Shown here one piece after another: positions 18,185 through 28,611 of a DNA stretch of 49,529 bases (position 1 is its first letter; the number at the start of each line of letters is the position of its first letter). The DNA is from Bernardetia sp. (GTDB lineage: Bacteria > Bacteroidota > Bacteroidia > Cytophagales > Bernardetiaceae): positions 64,001 through 113,529 of the forward strand of contig NZ_JAHDIG010000005.1 of NCBI RefSeq assembly GCF_020630935.1. The letters are read 5' to 3'. Both the position numbers and the translations under genes were made by a program. The notes under the pieces were generated by a model. It saw only the letters and a list, made by a program, of their open reading frames with translations. It had not been told where the DNA came from and did no database searches.

Positions 18185-18325
18185 TTAATTCAGTTTCAGT
18201 ATGCTCTGATTAGAAAAATAAGAATTTCTATTCAAAATATAGTAGTAGTTGTAAGTTGTTTTATAGAATATAAATAGTTTTATATTCAAGTTAATCAGAA
18301 ATTTACTATAATTTATTGAATCTAA

Positions 18326-18362
18326 AAAACAAAAAAAACTCTTTCTCAGAAAGAAAGAGTTT
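18326..18362 (-). terminator. Rho-independent terminator downstream of the SDR gene (AACTCTTTCT/AGAAAGAGTT stem with a U-run on the minus strand)
   Basis: 10-bp perfect stem. The A-run at 18326-18336 on the plus strand is the T-run on the minus strand. Confidence 0.6.
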
Positions 18363-18416
18363 TCGACCTAACACACAAACACAAACAATAGAGAATTAGA
18401 TTCTCTATGTGTTACG

Positions 18417-19313
18417 CTATTTGATAGCAGGAATCTCCTGCTCTTGGGTTGCGCTTCCCAAGTCTTTTGAATTTCCTTTTTGAGCAATTTCATTTCTCCC
18501 AGTAAATTTACTCATTGAGCTATATACGTTAAAAATATTTCCTGCTAAGAAATCATATACTCGTGCTGGTAATACACCACGCAAGAATGGTACTAATTTT
18601 ACCATAAATGGCTCTTGAACTAAAATTTCATTTGTTTTTACAGCTTTAATTATCTCAGATGAGATTTCTTCTGGCTGCAAAAGAGGTGTAAGAAGTGGGG
18701 CAGATGCTCCACTAAACATACCTGTATCAATATAACCTGGCATTACCGTCGTTACGTGTAAATCAGTTTTCTGACGCTCATTAATCTGTTCTAATTCTAA
18801 ACGCAACGATTCAGACCAACCCAAAACTGCCCATTTACTACCTGCATAGACAGACATACGTGGGTTAGGCGTAAATGCAGAAGCAGAAGAAATATTTACG
18901 ATATGACCTGCTCCTTTTTTTATCATTCCAGCTACAAATGCTCTAGCAATGTGCATCACTCCCAAAACATTGATACGAACAGTTTTTTCAATATCATCGT
19001 AAGAATGGTCTTCAAAATGTTTACCTACTACAATACCAGCATTATTAAATAAAATATCTATTGTTCCTACTTCTAAGGCTACTTTTGCAGCAGCAGCTTG
19101 AATGCTTTCTAAGCTAGAAACATCTACTTTGTAAGTATGAACCTTATATCCTTTGTTTCCAAATTCTAAAGCTACCTCATCAAGTCCTTTTTGATTGATG
19201 TCCCAAATTACTAATTCAGAAGCACCTTCTTCCATGCACTTGCGTCCCATAATCTTCCCAATTCCACTTGCTCCTCCTGTAATGAGTACAATTTTATTTG
19301 ATATTCTTGACAT
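18417..19313 (-). CDS. Short-chain dehydrogenase/reductase (SDR)
   Basis: 298 aa with TGGASGIG, NNAG and the S...Y...K catalytic pattern. Confidence 0.8.
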   Translation of the reverse strand: MSRISNKIVLITGGASGIGKIMGRKCMEEGASELVIWDINQKGLDEVALEFGNKGYKVHTYKVDVSSLESIQAAAAKVALEVGTIDILFNNAGIVVGKHFEDHSYDDIEKTVRINVLGVMHIARAFVAGMIKKGAGHIVNISSASAFTPNPRMSVYAGSKWAVLGWSESLRLELEQINERQKTDLHVTTVMPGYIDTGMFSGASAPLLTPLLQPEEISSEIIKAVKTNEILVQEPFMVKLVPFLRGVLPARVYDFLAGNIFNVYSSMSKFTGRNEIAQKGNSKDLGSATQEQEIPAIK

Positions 19314-19450
19314 GATGATATAATAGTTTTGATTTAGAATTTCTTTGTTAAGTAAAATACTCAGTGTGCAAAGAATTTATATTAAACGATTTTCGTAAGA
19401 ATAAGTTATAAAAAATAAAAAATTTTTTCTAATTTGAATTTTTACACCTT

Positions 19451-20083
19451 TTATTTAAGCATTCTCTCAATCATTTTCCAATGCGTTATGAGTAAATCCT
19501 CTTTTGTAAGTGAAAAATAATGTTCTATAATATTTATTTTTCGCTTCATGACCTGCAAAACACCCGTAAACTGACTCCAAAGTACAAAAGCTGTCTCAAA
19601 TGGATTGCCTTGTTCAGTAATACTGCCATCTTTTATACCTTCTTTGATGGCTCTTACCAAAATAGAAATCACAGCATTTCCTTCTTCTAAAGCTTGCAAC
19701 GACTCGGTTTCAGCAGAAGCTAGATTAAATGTATCGTTTTCATAATCTAAAATAGTTGTAAAGTAATTCGGATATTTTTCTGAAAACTCAACATACGTCT
19801 TTCCTACAATAATCACTTTCTCATAGCCAGAATTTCCTTCTTTGATAGCTTCACGCAGCATTTTTTTAAGGATAATGAAACCTCTTAAAATAATGGCTCT
19901 ATACAATTCTTCTTTACTTTTGAAATAAAGGTATAATGTTCCTTTACTCAACTCTGCTGCTTTGGCGACTTGTGCCATAGTAGCCACTGAAAAACCGTGT
20001 TTGAAAATTACGTCTTCGGCTGCATCAACGATCGCATTTCTTCTATGCACCCTTTCTCGTGCCTTTCGTTCTGCTATTCCCAT
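19451..20083 (-). CDS. TetR/AcrR-family transcriptional regulator
   Basis: 210 aa with the N-terminal HTH FSVATMAQVAKAAELSKGTLYLYF. It lies upstream of the SDR gene on the same strand. Confidence 0.8.
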   Translation of the reverse strand: MGIAERKARERVHRRNAIVDAAEDVIFKHGFSVATMAQVAKAAELSKGTLYLYFKSKEELYRAIILRGFIILKKMLREAIKEGNSGYEKVIIVGKTYVEFSEKYPNYFTTILDYENDTFNLASAETESLQALEEGNAVISILVRAIKEGIKDGSITEQGNPFETAFVLWSQFTGVLQVMKRKINIIEHYFSLTKEDLLITHWKMIERMLK

Positions 20084-20135
20084 TGAAAATTTTAAATTCT
20101 AGCTAATTTGTGTGTTTATTGTAATGATTTTGAAA

Positions 20136-20150
20136 ATGACTGACGGTCAT
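20136..20150. promoter_or_regulatory. Candidate TetR operator ATGAC-tgacg-GTCAT, nested in an outer TTTGTGTGTT...AACACAAA inverted repeat (20108-20164), 53 bp upstream of the TetR start
   Basis: Palindrome read directly; the position is typical of autoregulated TetR genes. Confidence 0.4.
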
Positions 20151-20426
20151 TATATGAACACAAATATAATATAAAGGTTTTGAATTACAATAACTTTTTG
20201 TGAAAAAAACTGAATTATTTTTTAAAAATAAAGTTTGTAACTCTCTTTTTATCAGTAAATTAGGCGTTTTGGTGTTGTGAAGCTATAAACTATTAGATTT
20301 TATTGGAAATAAAGTAATGATCAACTGAAAATGACTAAGAGTTTTTTTAGAGGTAATTATTGCGTTTGTACTCCATATCAAATCATATAGCCAATTTCAG
20401 TAGATTTATAGGTTAGAAATTCCCAT

Positions 20427-21134
20427 TTACTGTAAAAGCAATTTTTTTCCGTATTTTTTATCTAATTCTGTAAAAGCAATTTGTCTTTTAGAAGAAGTCT
20501 TCGAAACTCTTACTTTATCAGCCATTTTTTTGTATTCTTTAATAAGATTTTTCTCTTCTTGTGGTTCAAAGAAGTAAATATAACCCGCTGTCATTCCCTT
20601 CATCGTATCTTCTTCGTCATTGAGGTCAATAAAATCTCCTAAAAAAGGAATAAAACGGAAAAACATCAAGAAGTTCATATTGACAGGGTTTTTGTCTATC
20701 GTTTGAGCTAATGTTTTATCTACAATAGCAATTTCTTGTCCTTTATTTACTCCCAAAATATCATCAAAATAAATAATGCCTTCCTCTACATCTATATCAA
20801 CAATTCTGAAAAGAGAGGTGTACGATTTTTCAAATGAAGGCACAAACTTGTTAAGTAAAGAAATCTCTTCTGCTTCTTTTTGTTCTTCTAAGAAAATTTC
20901 ATACGACTTGTATTTATTTACTTGTTGTTCTAAAAGAACATAATCTATAAAACATTTTTGATGCTCGTTGGTAGCAAATTGTATTTTTGTAGCATTATCA
21001 TTTCCTAAAACACTACCAAATGCTGGCACAGCTTCTTGTATAAAATATCCATTATAAGCATCAAAAACAGCTTGAAGGCTTTTCGTCATATCTTGTCCAA
21101 ATGTCTTGTAATAACTTAGCGTGTAGTCTTCCAT
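20427..21134 (-). CDS. Hypothetical protein divergent from recA
   Basis: 235 aa with no recognisable motif. It shares the recA upstream region that carries the duplicated palindromic element. Confidence 0.5.
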   Translation of the reverse strand: MEDYTLSYYKTFGQDMTKSLQAVFDAYNGYFIQEAVPAFGSVLGNDNATKIQFATNEHQKCFIDYVLLEQQVNKYKSYEIFLEEQKEAEEISLLNKFVPSFEKSYTSLFRIVDIDVEEGIIYFDDILGVNKGQEIAIVDKTLAQTIDKNPVNMNFLMFFRFIPFLGDFIDLNDEEDTMKGMTAGYIYFFEPQEEKNLIKEYKKMADKVRVSKTSSKRQIAFTELDKKYGKKLLLQ

Positions 21135-21265
21135 AGTTCTATATCTATAAAAATTTGTTTTTAATAAAAATTGTCAAAACCTAATAGGCTTGCAAAAATA
21201 CGAAAAATAATAGCGATACAGCTTCAATGAAAGCAAAAGAGAGTCGCTCAAAATAAATTTCAAAT

Positions 21266-21329
21266 TATTTTTTACAACGTACATCATTTACGTTCTGCTC
21301 TATTTATTTTGTAGTATCCTTATAAGAAG
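21266..21329. promoter_or_regulatory. recA-upstream repeat, copy A (about 60 bp) carrying the palindrome AACGTA-N7-TACGTT (21276-21294) and a TTTG/TA-rich promoter-like segment
   Basis: About 95% identical to copy B, which lies 139 bp downstream. Confidence 0.5.
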
Positions 21330-21406
21330 AGGTAATCAAATGACAAGTATAGCAGTTGAAACAGTTTTTGAGAGAAAACAAAAAATTAATGTTTTTTTAG
21401 AAAAAA

Positions 21407-21468
21407 TATTTTACAACGTACATCACTTACGTTCTGCTCTATTTATTTTGTAGTATCCTTAGAAGACA
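21407..21468. promoter_or_regulatory. recA-upstream repeat, copy B, palindrome at 21415-21433, ending about 58 bp before the recA ATG
   Basis: Near-identical to copy A, with two substitutions in the aligned core. Confidence 0.5.
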
Positions 21469-21525
21469 AAAGGAAAATTCAATTTTGTAAATTATTTATC
21501 ATACTTATATATATACATTTCAATT

Positions 21526-22677
21526 ATGGCAAAAGGAGCTGACGACAACAAGAAAAAACTAGAGGCTTTGAAAGTAACTCTAGCAAAACTAGACAAAACC
21601 TACGGCAAAGGAACAGTTATGAAACTAACTGACGACAATGTAGTAGATGTTCCAAGTATCTCAACAGGTTCATTAGGACTTGATATTGCACTCGGCATTG
21701 GAGGACTTCCTCGTGGTAGAGTAGTAGAAATTTATGGACCTGAATCTTCTGGTAAAACAACACTTACACTACACGCCATTGCAGAAGCACAACGCCAAGG
21801 AGGATTAGCTGCATTTATCGATGCAGAACATGCTTTTGATAGAGTGTATGCTCAAAACTTAGGCGTAGATTTGGATAATCTTCTTATCTCACAGCCTGAT
21901 AGTGGTGAACAAGCCTTAGAAATTGCAGAGCAGCTTATTCGTTCAACAGCGATTGATATTGTAGTTATTGACTCGGTAGCTGCACTTGTTCCAAAAGCAG
22001 AATTAGAAGGCGATATGGGAGATTCTAAAATGGGTCTGCAAGCACGTCTAATGTCACAAGCACTTCGTAAACTGACTGGTGTAATCAGCAAAACACAGTG
22101 TACTTGTATCTTCATTAACCAACTTCGTGATAAGATTGGGGTAATGTTTGGAAGCCCAGAGACTACAACAGGTGGTAATGCTCTCAAATTTTACTCTTCT
22201 GTACGTTTGGATATTCGTCGTATTGGTGCAATCAAAGATGGCGACAAAATTACTGGTAACCGTACTCGTGTGAGTGTGAAGAAAAACAAACTTGCTCCTC
22301 CATTCAAACAAGTTGAGTTTGATATTATGTACGGAAAAGGTATCTCTAAGGCAGGTGAAGTCTTAGATTTGGCAGTAGAACTTGACGTAGTGAAAAAATC
22401 GGGTTCTTGGTACTCTTACGGAGACAACAAACTCGGACAAGGACGTGATTCTGTAAAAGCTCTTATCGAAGAAGATGAGGCATTAATGGCAGAACTTGAA
22501 GAACAACTTCGTGAGCTAGATAAAGCCAACAATACGGCTGGAAAAGACTCAAAGTCTTCTAAAAAAGATAATAAAGCAGAAAAAGCTATCAAAGCTACTG
22601 CTGAAGTTCAGAATGAAGACGAAGACAGCGACGAAGATTTTGTCTTTGAAGACGAAGAATTAGAAGATGGAAAATAA
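21526..22677 (+). CDS. recA: Recombinase RecA
   Basis: 383 aa with Walker [10 protein letters not shown] and an acidic C-terminal tail. Confidence 0.95.
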   Translation: MAKGADDNKKKLEALKVTLAKLDKTYGKGTVMKLTDDNVVDVPSISTGSLGLDIALGIGGLPRGRVVEIYGPESSGKTTLTLHAIAEAQRQGGLAAFIDAEHAFDRVYAQNLGVDLDNLLISQPDSGEQALEIAEQLIRSTAIDIVVIDSVAALVPKAELEGDMGDSKMGLQARLMSQALRKLTGVISKTQCTCIFINQLRDKIGVMFGSPETTTGGNALKFYSSVRLDIRRIGAIKDGDKITGNRTRVSVKKNKLAPPFKQVEFDIMYGKGISKAGEVLDLAVELDVVKKSGSWYSYGDNKLGQGRDSVKALIEEDEALMAELEEQLRELDKANNTAGKDSKSSKKDNKAEKAIKATAEVQNEDEDSDEDFVFEDEELEDGK

Positions 22678-22741
22678 TCATCTATCTCTAATTCGCTCAA
22701 TTTTAATTATGGATTTACTTCATCTATTTGTTTGATATATC

Positions 22742-22775
22742 AAAAGCCTTCCTGCACTGTGGGAAGGCTTTTTCT
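22742..22775. terminator. Bidirectional rho-independent terminator between recA and the convergent Omp85 gene (AAGCCTTCC...GGAAGGCTT with flanking A/T runs)
   Basis: 9-bp perfect stem with an A-run on its 5' side and a T-run on its 3' side. Confidence 0.65.
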
Positions 22776-25249
22776 TAGAAAGGATAGCCAATCGCAATAT
22801 TCAATACTAAATTATCTCTACGCCAATTCCTATCTCTAACATTGATTTGCTTTCTTACCCAACGTTCGTTTTCTGGAAGCCACGGCTTACTAAGAGGAAA
22901 AGCAACATCAAAACGAAGTACAAAAAAAGTAACATCAAGACGAAGTCCAGCACCCACACCCACAGCAATATCATCCAACAAGTCGTTAGGCTTAAATAAA
23001 CCTCCTTCACGGTTAGGGTCTTCTTTAACGAGCCAAACATTACCAGCATCAGCAAAAACAGCACCTTTGAAAACACTATAAATCGGAAAACGATATTCTA
23101 TATTTGCTTCCAAACGCATATCTCCTGTTTGGTCGTAGAAAAGCCCACTCGTACTGTCTTTGGTAATGTACGAACCTGGTCCGATAGAACGAGCTTGAAA
23201 GGCACGAATACTGTTTGCTCCTCCTGCAAAAAACTGCTTTGTATAGGGCAAAACACTTGCATTTGCATAAGGAAGTCCTACACCAGCAATAAAACGAGTA
23301 GCTATTTTGTGATGTGTTTCTTCATTGAAATTGAAATAATATCTAAAATCTATATCTGCACGAGCATATTGAGCATAAGGTTCGCTTAAAATAGTGTATG
23401 GATTTTCGCCAGTTGCTTTTCTTGAACTTAACAAACTTTGGATTCCATACGCTATATTTCCTCCTATGTCAATGTTTCCATTAAAGAAAATATGGTTTTT
23501 ATTTTTTCTAGTATTTTCATCTACTCCTGCTGCACTTTGATAAGTAAATGAGTAATTTCCTCCTAAAATAAACTGATTTTGAAAACTTCTTTGTAATAAT
23601 GGGTTGTCTCCAATAGCTTCATTAAAAAGACTTGTCGTATCCATTAAACGAACATAGTTGATAGAAATAGGATTGAAACGATGTGTTTTGGTTGCTGTTT
23701 CTTGCCATTGATAGCCAAATTGAGCTGTTGAAGAAAGCAAACGAAAATAATTTACCCTATTGAGCAGTCGTATATCTCCTTGATAGACTGTTTTGGGAAC
23801 ATACTCTTGTGCCAAGCGAGGAATTTTGATAGGAGTGATAAAACGAGGAACATAAACTTCTAATCCTGCCCCAATTTCATAGGAATATAATCCGTTTTGT
23901 TGGTTGGGTTGTTCAATGTTTTCATTTGCTGTCCGTCCACTAATTTGTGTTTCAAAACGTCCATCCAATCTGACTACTAAAAGCTCTGCACCACGAAAAG
24001 CATTTTTGTTTCTGTAACTTAGATTTAATCCCGGTCCTACAAAGTTATTGGATTTAGACACTACATCTAATTCTGCTCTAAATGATTTTCTTTTTGCAGG
24101 CACCATTTGTATATAGGCATCTAAGTAACCTTCATTACCCACAGAATCCACAGGTTTGTAACGAATATCAGCAAATTTTAAAGCTCCTAATCCCATCAGT
24201 TGTTTGAGAGTTTGCTCATGTCTTTGTGCTGAATAGAGCGAATCTGGTTCTAGGAAAATGGAACGAGCTAGTATTTCTGGACGAAACTGACAACCATCCA
24301 TCATACAATAAAAAGTAGAATCTCCTTCTAGTTTGCCTACTCTAGTTAATTTTTGAGGGTTGGCAAGTGATTCCATTCCCATTTCATAATTAGGAAATAA
24401 AAATACATTTCTAATTCGATACGGTTTGCGTGCAATGTCAGGCATTTTATCTTTTACTTGCATATACACATTCATTTGCCTGTCTCCTACGGTTGAATCT
24501 ACTTTATAAATCAAAAATTTATTGCTAAAATAAAAATAACCTCTTTCTTTTGCATAGTCGTTCATTCTTTCTCTTTCTTGTTCTAAGAGAGAGAAATTAT
24601 AAGGCTGATTTGTTTTCAACAGTGTTTCTTTCTGTGCATTATTCAGCACATTGCCTAAAGGGTCTGGTTCTTTTGGAAAATTAATAGAATCTAATCTATA
24701 AGGTTGATAAACGGTAGCTGTATAAACTATCTCTGCTTTTTTTCCCTTTTGTTTTACTTCGCTAGAAGTTTCTGCTTGAAAATGTCCGTTTACATAAAGT
24801 CTATTCAGAACAAGTTTGCTGACACGTTCTTCATTGATATCAGCCAACAAAACAGGAGGTTTCCCAATTTTTGTCATAACCCAATGTTTAAAACCTTTTT
24901 CTTTTTCTGTATAGAAAGTGTTATAAAAGGCAAGTTGGGGACGCATCCACAAAAATTTGCTATTGGGTTCTGGAGCTAAAACTTCTTCTGCTTCAGTTTT
25001 TACTCTTTTTTCTTCTGGAATATCTCCTTCCTTTTTATCCCATTTGATTTCACCTCCAGTGTAAAGAGGATTCTCCTTTGTGATTTTGCTAAGACCTGTA
25101 CAACCACTAAAAAAAATAAGCAAGCATAAAGTAGTGAAAATTGAGACAGAAAAATGATTTACGAAAGAGTTAAAAATGTTTCGCATTAGTAAGTTTGAGA
25201 ATGATGAAAAATAGAAAAGCAAAAAATAACGTTGCTCTTGTTTCAACAT
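22775..25249 (-). CDS. Omp85/BamA-family outer-membrane protein (BamA/TamA-like)
   Basis: 824 aa with a lipobox/signal ...FFSGC, a large periplasmic region, and a C-terminal beta-barrel ending ...AIGYPF. Confidence 0.55.
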   Translation of the reverse strand: MLKQEQRYFLLFYFSSFSNLLMRNIFNSFVNHFSVSIFTTLCLLIFFSGCTGLSKITKENPLYTGGEIKWDKKEGDIPEEKRVKTEAEEVLAPEPNSKFLWMRPQLAFYNTFYTEKEKGFKHWVMTKIGKPPVLLADINEERVSKLVLNRLYVNGHFQAETSSEVKQKGKKAEIVYTATVYQPYRLDSINFPKEPDPLGNVLNNAQKETLLKTNQPYNFSLLEQERERMNDYAKERGYFYFSNKFLIYKVDSTVGDRQMNVYMQVKDKMPDIARKPYRIRNVFLFPNYEMGMESLANPQKLTRVGKLEGDSTFYCMMDGCQFRPEILARSIFLEPDSLYSAQRHEQTLKQLMGLGALKFADIRYKPVDSVGNEGYLDAYIQMVPAKRKSFRAELDVVSKSNNFVGPGLNLSYRNKNAFRGAELLVVRLDGRFETQISGRTANENIEQPNQQNGLYSYEIGAGLEVYVPRFITPIKIPRLAQEYVPKTVYQGDIRLLNRVNYFRLLSSTAQFGYQWQETATKTHRFNPISINYVRLMDTTSLFNEAIGDNPLLQRSFQNQFILGGNYSFTYQSAAGVDENTRKNKNHIFFNGNIDIGGNIAYGIQSLLSSRKATGENPYTILSEPYAQYARADIDFRYYFNFNEETHHKIATRFIAGVGLPYANASVLPYTKQFFAGGANSIRAFQARSIGPGSYITKDSTSGLFYDQTGDMRLEANIEYRFPIYSVFKGAVFADAGNVWLVKEDPNREGGLFKPNDLLDDIAVGVGAGLRLDVTFFVLRFDVAFPLSKPWLPENERWVRKQINVRDRNWRRDNLVLNIAIGYPF

Positions 25250-25273
25250 CTATGAAATGATTTTGTTTGGCGA

Positions 25274-25311
25274 ATAAAAAAAGAGAGTTCAGAATATCTA
25301 AACTCTCTTTT
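25274..25311 (-). terminator. Rho-independent terminator after the 25319..25705 gene (AAAGAGAGTT/AACTCTCTTT stem with a T-run on the minus strand)
   Basis: 10-bp stem with an adjacent A-run on the plus strand. Confidence 0.6.
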
Positions 25312-25318
25312 ATTAATT

Positions 25319-25705
25319 CTATTCTTCATTTGGATAAGGCACAAAAACAAAACGAGTAAACTGCTCATCTATCACAAAAAGACAGCAAAACTCCTCTGGG
25401 TTTTTGTAAGCAGCCTTAAAACGTTGGCTTCCTTCTTCATCTAAGATATTTCTCTGTTCAAACTCTTCTAAAAACGAAGCATAATAATCCCATTCAAGCT
25501 GTGGCATATCTGCTTTAGAAAATAAAATTTGTCCGATGGGCTGTGGGGCTTTACAGATAGGAAATACTGGATAATCTGAAAAACCTCTTTTCTTGATTTG
25601 ATAGGCAGCTTCTTTTAAGTTATCTGCAATCTTGACAAAGTTGGTAGTTAGTTTTCCTAAATATTTAAAATCTAGTTCTGCGTCGTTGTAGTCTTCTATT
25701 TCCAT
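25319..25705 (-). CDS. Hypothetical cytoplasmic protein
   Basis: 128 aa with no recognisable motif. Its 5' UTR carries a five-unit heptamer array. Confidence 0.5.
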   Translation of the reverse strand: MEIEDYNDAELDFKYLGKLTTNFVKIADNLKEAAYQIKKRGFSDYPVFPICKAPQPIGQILFSKADMPQLEWDYYASFLEEFEQRNILDEEGSQRFKAAYKNPEEFCCLFVIDEQFTRFVFVPYPNEE

Positions 25706-25710
25706 TTCTA

Positions 25711-25745
25711 ATCAGTTAGCAGTTACCAGTAATCAGTAACCAGTT
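25711..25745. repeat. Tandem heptamer array (NNNCAGT)x5: AATCAGT TAGCAGT TACCAGT AATCAGT AACCAGT
   Basis: Same CAGT-type family as the 5208-5282 hairpin. It begins 6 nt upstream of the start codon of the 25319..25705 gene, just after the M28 peptidase stop. Confidence 0.7.
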
Positions 25746-25754
25746 TATATTTTT

Positions 25755-27176
25755 TTAGCGAATAACTTCTCTTGGAAAGCTCACAATACTTTCGTGTCCG
25801 TTTTCATCTACGGCAGCTACTCCAAAGAGATAATTATCAATAACAATATTTTCAAGTACAAAGGTAATTTGTTCTTCTGTCTTTTCCTCATAAAATTCTT
25901 TAGGAACAAAACGAGCATATTGCCACTGTGGAGCAGTTGTTTCTCTCCAGTAGATTTTATAGCCAACGATAGTAGAATCTTCGTCTTTTAGTTTATCCCA
26001 AGAAAGTGTTGTGGAAGGCTGCACAGCACCACCAATTTTTACATTTTGAGGAGAAAGTGGCGACCAGCCTAAGTTTGCCAACACAATTGCATTGACAGCC
26101 GTAAGTTTATTGAGATACTCAAAATTGACTCCTTCTACTACATCGCCATATTTTATTCCATTTTCTTCTCTAATATCTTGGTGCTGACGGTTATAATTTT
26201 CGTGGCTTTCCATAATTCTGACACCAGCAAAACCTGCATCGTTAAAAGGTCGGTGGTGTCCTCCACGTCCAAATCTATCCAAACGATAAATCATTGTTGG
26301 ATTCATCTCTGGCATATATTTTTTTGTAGTAGAGTGAATATAACGGGCGAGCTGGCGAGAAATACCATCAATTTCGCCTCCGTAATAGCGTCTTCTATTT
26401 CTTTCTTTTTCGGTTTCTGTAACAGGCGTAGGCTCTGAGAAAATACGGAAACTTCTGTTATCAATCACGCCATCAATTCCTTCAATGTTTCCAATCATAT
26501 CATTATTTATCACTCCAATAATATCCCAACCATCTTTTTTTGCTTGTTCTGCCATAAACTTTCCTCCAAAAAGTCCTTGTTCTTCGCCTGAAAGTGCAGC
26601 AAAGGCAATGCTGTTTTTAAATTTATTTTTAGAATGAGATTTTGAAAGAACTCTTGCAGCCTCTAAAATTCCTGCTACACCTGTGGCATTATCATTCGCT
26701 CCAGGGGCATCAATCGTAAAATTAGTAACATCTGAAGCACGAGAATCTATATCTCCAGACATAATAGCATAACTATTTGGATTTTGAGTTCCCTTCAATA
26801 CAGCAATTACATTGACTACCCAAACATCTTTTATAATGCGTTGGTTTGCTCCTTTTTCTAATAAATTTCTTTGATAATAGACTTCTAAACAGCCATCACA
26901 GTCTTTTGATATTTTATCAAACTCTGCTTTTATCCATCTTCTAGCTGCTCCAATTCCACGAGTTTCAGAAATCGTATCTGAAAGCGTATGACGAGTGCCA
27001 AAATCGGCTAATTTTCTGACGTGGCTTTCTACATTTTCAGTAGAGATATTTTCTATGATATCATAGACTTTTGAGTCATATTCTGGGCTTGAAGTGGTAT
27101 TTTGAGCAAATAATGAAGTAGAAATGAATGTACAAAAAAATAGTATAGATAATAAAGGGAATTGGTAGAGTTTCAT
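25755..27176 (-). CDS. Secreted M28-family metallopeptidase (aminopeptidase) with a C-terminal Fn3-like domain
   Basis: 473 aa with a signal peptide, the M28 motifs SIAFAALSGEEQGLFG and NNDMIGN, and C-terminal ...YKIYWRETT. Confidence 0.75.
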   Translation of the reverse strand: MKLYQFPLLSILFFCTFISTSLFAQNTTSSPEYDSKVYDIIENISTENVESHVRKLADFGTRHTLSDTISETRGIGAARRWIKAEFDKISKDCDGCLEVYYQRNLLEKGANQRIIKDVWVVNVIAVLKGTQNPNSYAIMSGDIDSRASDVTNFTIDAPGANDNATGVAGILEAARVLSKSHSKNKFKNSIAFAALSGEEQGLFGGKFMAEQAKKDGWDIIGVINNDMIGNIEGIDGVIDNRSFRIFSEPTPVTETEKERNRRRYYGGEIDGISRQLARYIHSTTKKYMPEMNPTMIYRLDRFGRGGHHRPFNDAGFAGVRIMESHENYNRQHQDIREENGIKYGDVVEGVNFEYLNKLTAVNAIVLANLGWSPLSPQNVKIGGAVQPSTTLSWDKLKDEDSTIVGYKIYWRETTAPQWQYARFVPKEFYEEKTEEQITFVLENIVIDNYLFGVAAVDENGHESIVSFPREVIR

Positions 27177-27240
27177 TTTGGGTTAGTATTTTTTAAGCAT
27201 AAAGAGCCAAACGGAGATAAAATAGTCGTTTCATAGTAGA

Positions 27241-27281
27241 AATATAATAAAAAAAATGACATTACTTTCAAAAGAAAATAA
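27241..27281 (-). terminator. Rho-independent terminator after tuf (ATGACATTA/TAATGTCAT stem with a T-run on the minus strand)
   Basis: 9-bp stem and an A8 run on the plus strand. Confidence 0.65.
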
Positions 27282-27337
27282 TGTCATTTTATATATGATG
27301 TATTAATCGTATTTCTTACCTAAAGTAAGAAGTTAGA

Positions 27338-28522
27338 TTAAAGAATTTCAGTTACCTGACCAGCACCTACTGTACGTCCACCTTCACGGATAGCGAAACG
27401 AAGACCTTTTTCCATTGCGATAGGCTTGATAAGCTCAACTGTGATAGTGATGTTATCACCTGGCATTACCATTTCTACGTTTTCTGGAAGTTCAATAGCA
27501 CCAGTTACGTCAGTTGTACGGAAGTAGAACTGTGGGTTATATCCTTTAAAGAATGGAGTGTGACGACCACCTTCTTCTTTCTTCAATACGTAAACCTCAG
27601 CTTTGAATTTAGTGTGAGTAGTTACTGTACCTGGTTTAGCGATTACCATTCCACGCTTGATTTGCTCTTTATCAACACCACGTAAAAGGATACCAGCGTT
27701 ATCACCAGCTTCTGCAGCATCTAATAATTTACGGAACATCTCTACACCAGTAACAGTAGATTTGATAGGAGCTTCGCCTAATCCTAAGATTTCAACTGGC
27801 TCACCTACTTTGATAGCACCACGCTCTACACGACCAGTAGCAACAGTACCACGACCTGTGATAGAGAATACGTCCTCAACTGGCATCAAGAAAGGCTTGT
27901 CAGTAATACGAGGAGGCAATGGAATACCTTCATCAACAGAAGACATAAGAGAAAGAACAGTATCAACCCACTTGCCTTCGCCGTTCAATGCACCAAGTGC
28001 AGAACCTTGAACAACAGGGATGTTGTCACCGTCAAATTCGTAGAAGCTCAAAAGCTCACGAATTTCCATTTCTACAAGCTCTAAAAGTTCTTCGTCATCT
28101 ACCATATCTACTTTGTTCATGAAAACAACGATAGCAGGTACACCAACTTGGCGAGCTAAAAGGATGTGTTCACGAGTTTGAGGCATAGGACCATCAGTAG
28201 CAGCTACTACTAGGATAGCACCGTCCATTTGAGCAGCACCTGTAACCATGTTTTTAACATAATCGGCGTGACCTGGACAGTCTACGTGAGCGTAGTGACG
28301 ATTTTCAGTTTCGTACTCTACGTGAGAAGTGTTGATAGTGATACCACGCTCTTTTTCTTCAGGAGCGTTGTCAATTGAATCAAAACTACGAGCAGCAGAG
28401 TGACCTGCGTCTGCTAATACTTTTGTAATTGCTGCAGTTAAAGTAGTTTTACCGTGGTCAACGTGACCAATAGTTCCGATGTTTACGTGAGGTTTCGCTC
28501 GGTTGAAGGTTTCCTTAGCCAT
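27338..28522 (-). CDS. tuf: Elongation factor Tu
   Basis: 394 aa with [18 protein letters not shown] and NKVD; EF-Tu throughout. Confidence 0.97.
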   Translation of the reverse strand: MAKETFNRAKPHVNIGTIGHVDHGKTTLTAAITKVLADAGHSAARSFDSIDNAPEEKERGITINTSHVEYETENRHYAHVDCPGHADYVKNMVTGAAQMDGAILVVAATDGPMPQTREHILLARQVGVPAIVVFMNKVDMVDDEELLELVEMEIRELLSFYEFDGDNIPVVQGSALGALNGEGKWVDTVLSLMSSVDEGIPLPPRITDKPFLMPVEDVFSITGRGTVATGRVERGAIKVGEPVEILGLGEAPIKSTVTGVEMFRKLLDAAEAGDNAGILLRGVDKEQIKRGMVIAKPGTVTTHTKFKAEVYVLKKEEGGRHTPFFKGYNPQFYFRTTDVTGAIELPENVEMVMPGDNITITVELIKPIAMEKGLRFAIREGGRTVGAGQVTEIL

Positions 28523-28611
28523 CTTAACAAAGATTTAAAATAGTATGAGAATAGTATGAAAAGATAATTCTTAAAATAAAATATAGTCTTGATACACTAG
28601 AGCTTTCATAG

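Noticed and set aside
21300-21320. Calling a canonical Bacteroidetes sigma-A promoter (TTTG / TAnnTTTG) inside the recA-upstream repeats
   Set aside because: The TATTTATTTTG segment is close, but it does not exactly fit TAnnTTTG spacing by eye, and I cannot place the -33 element confidently without TSS data.
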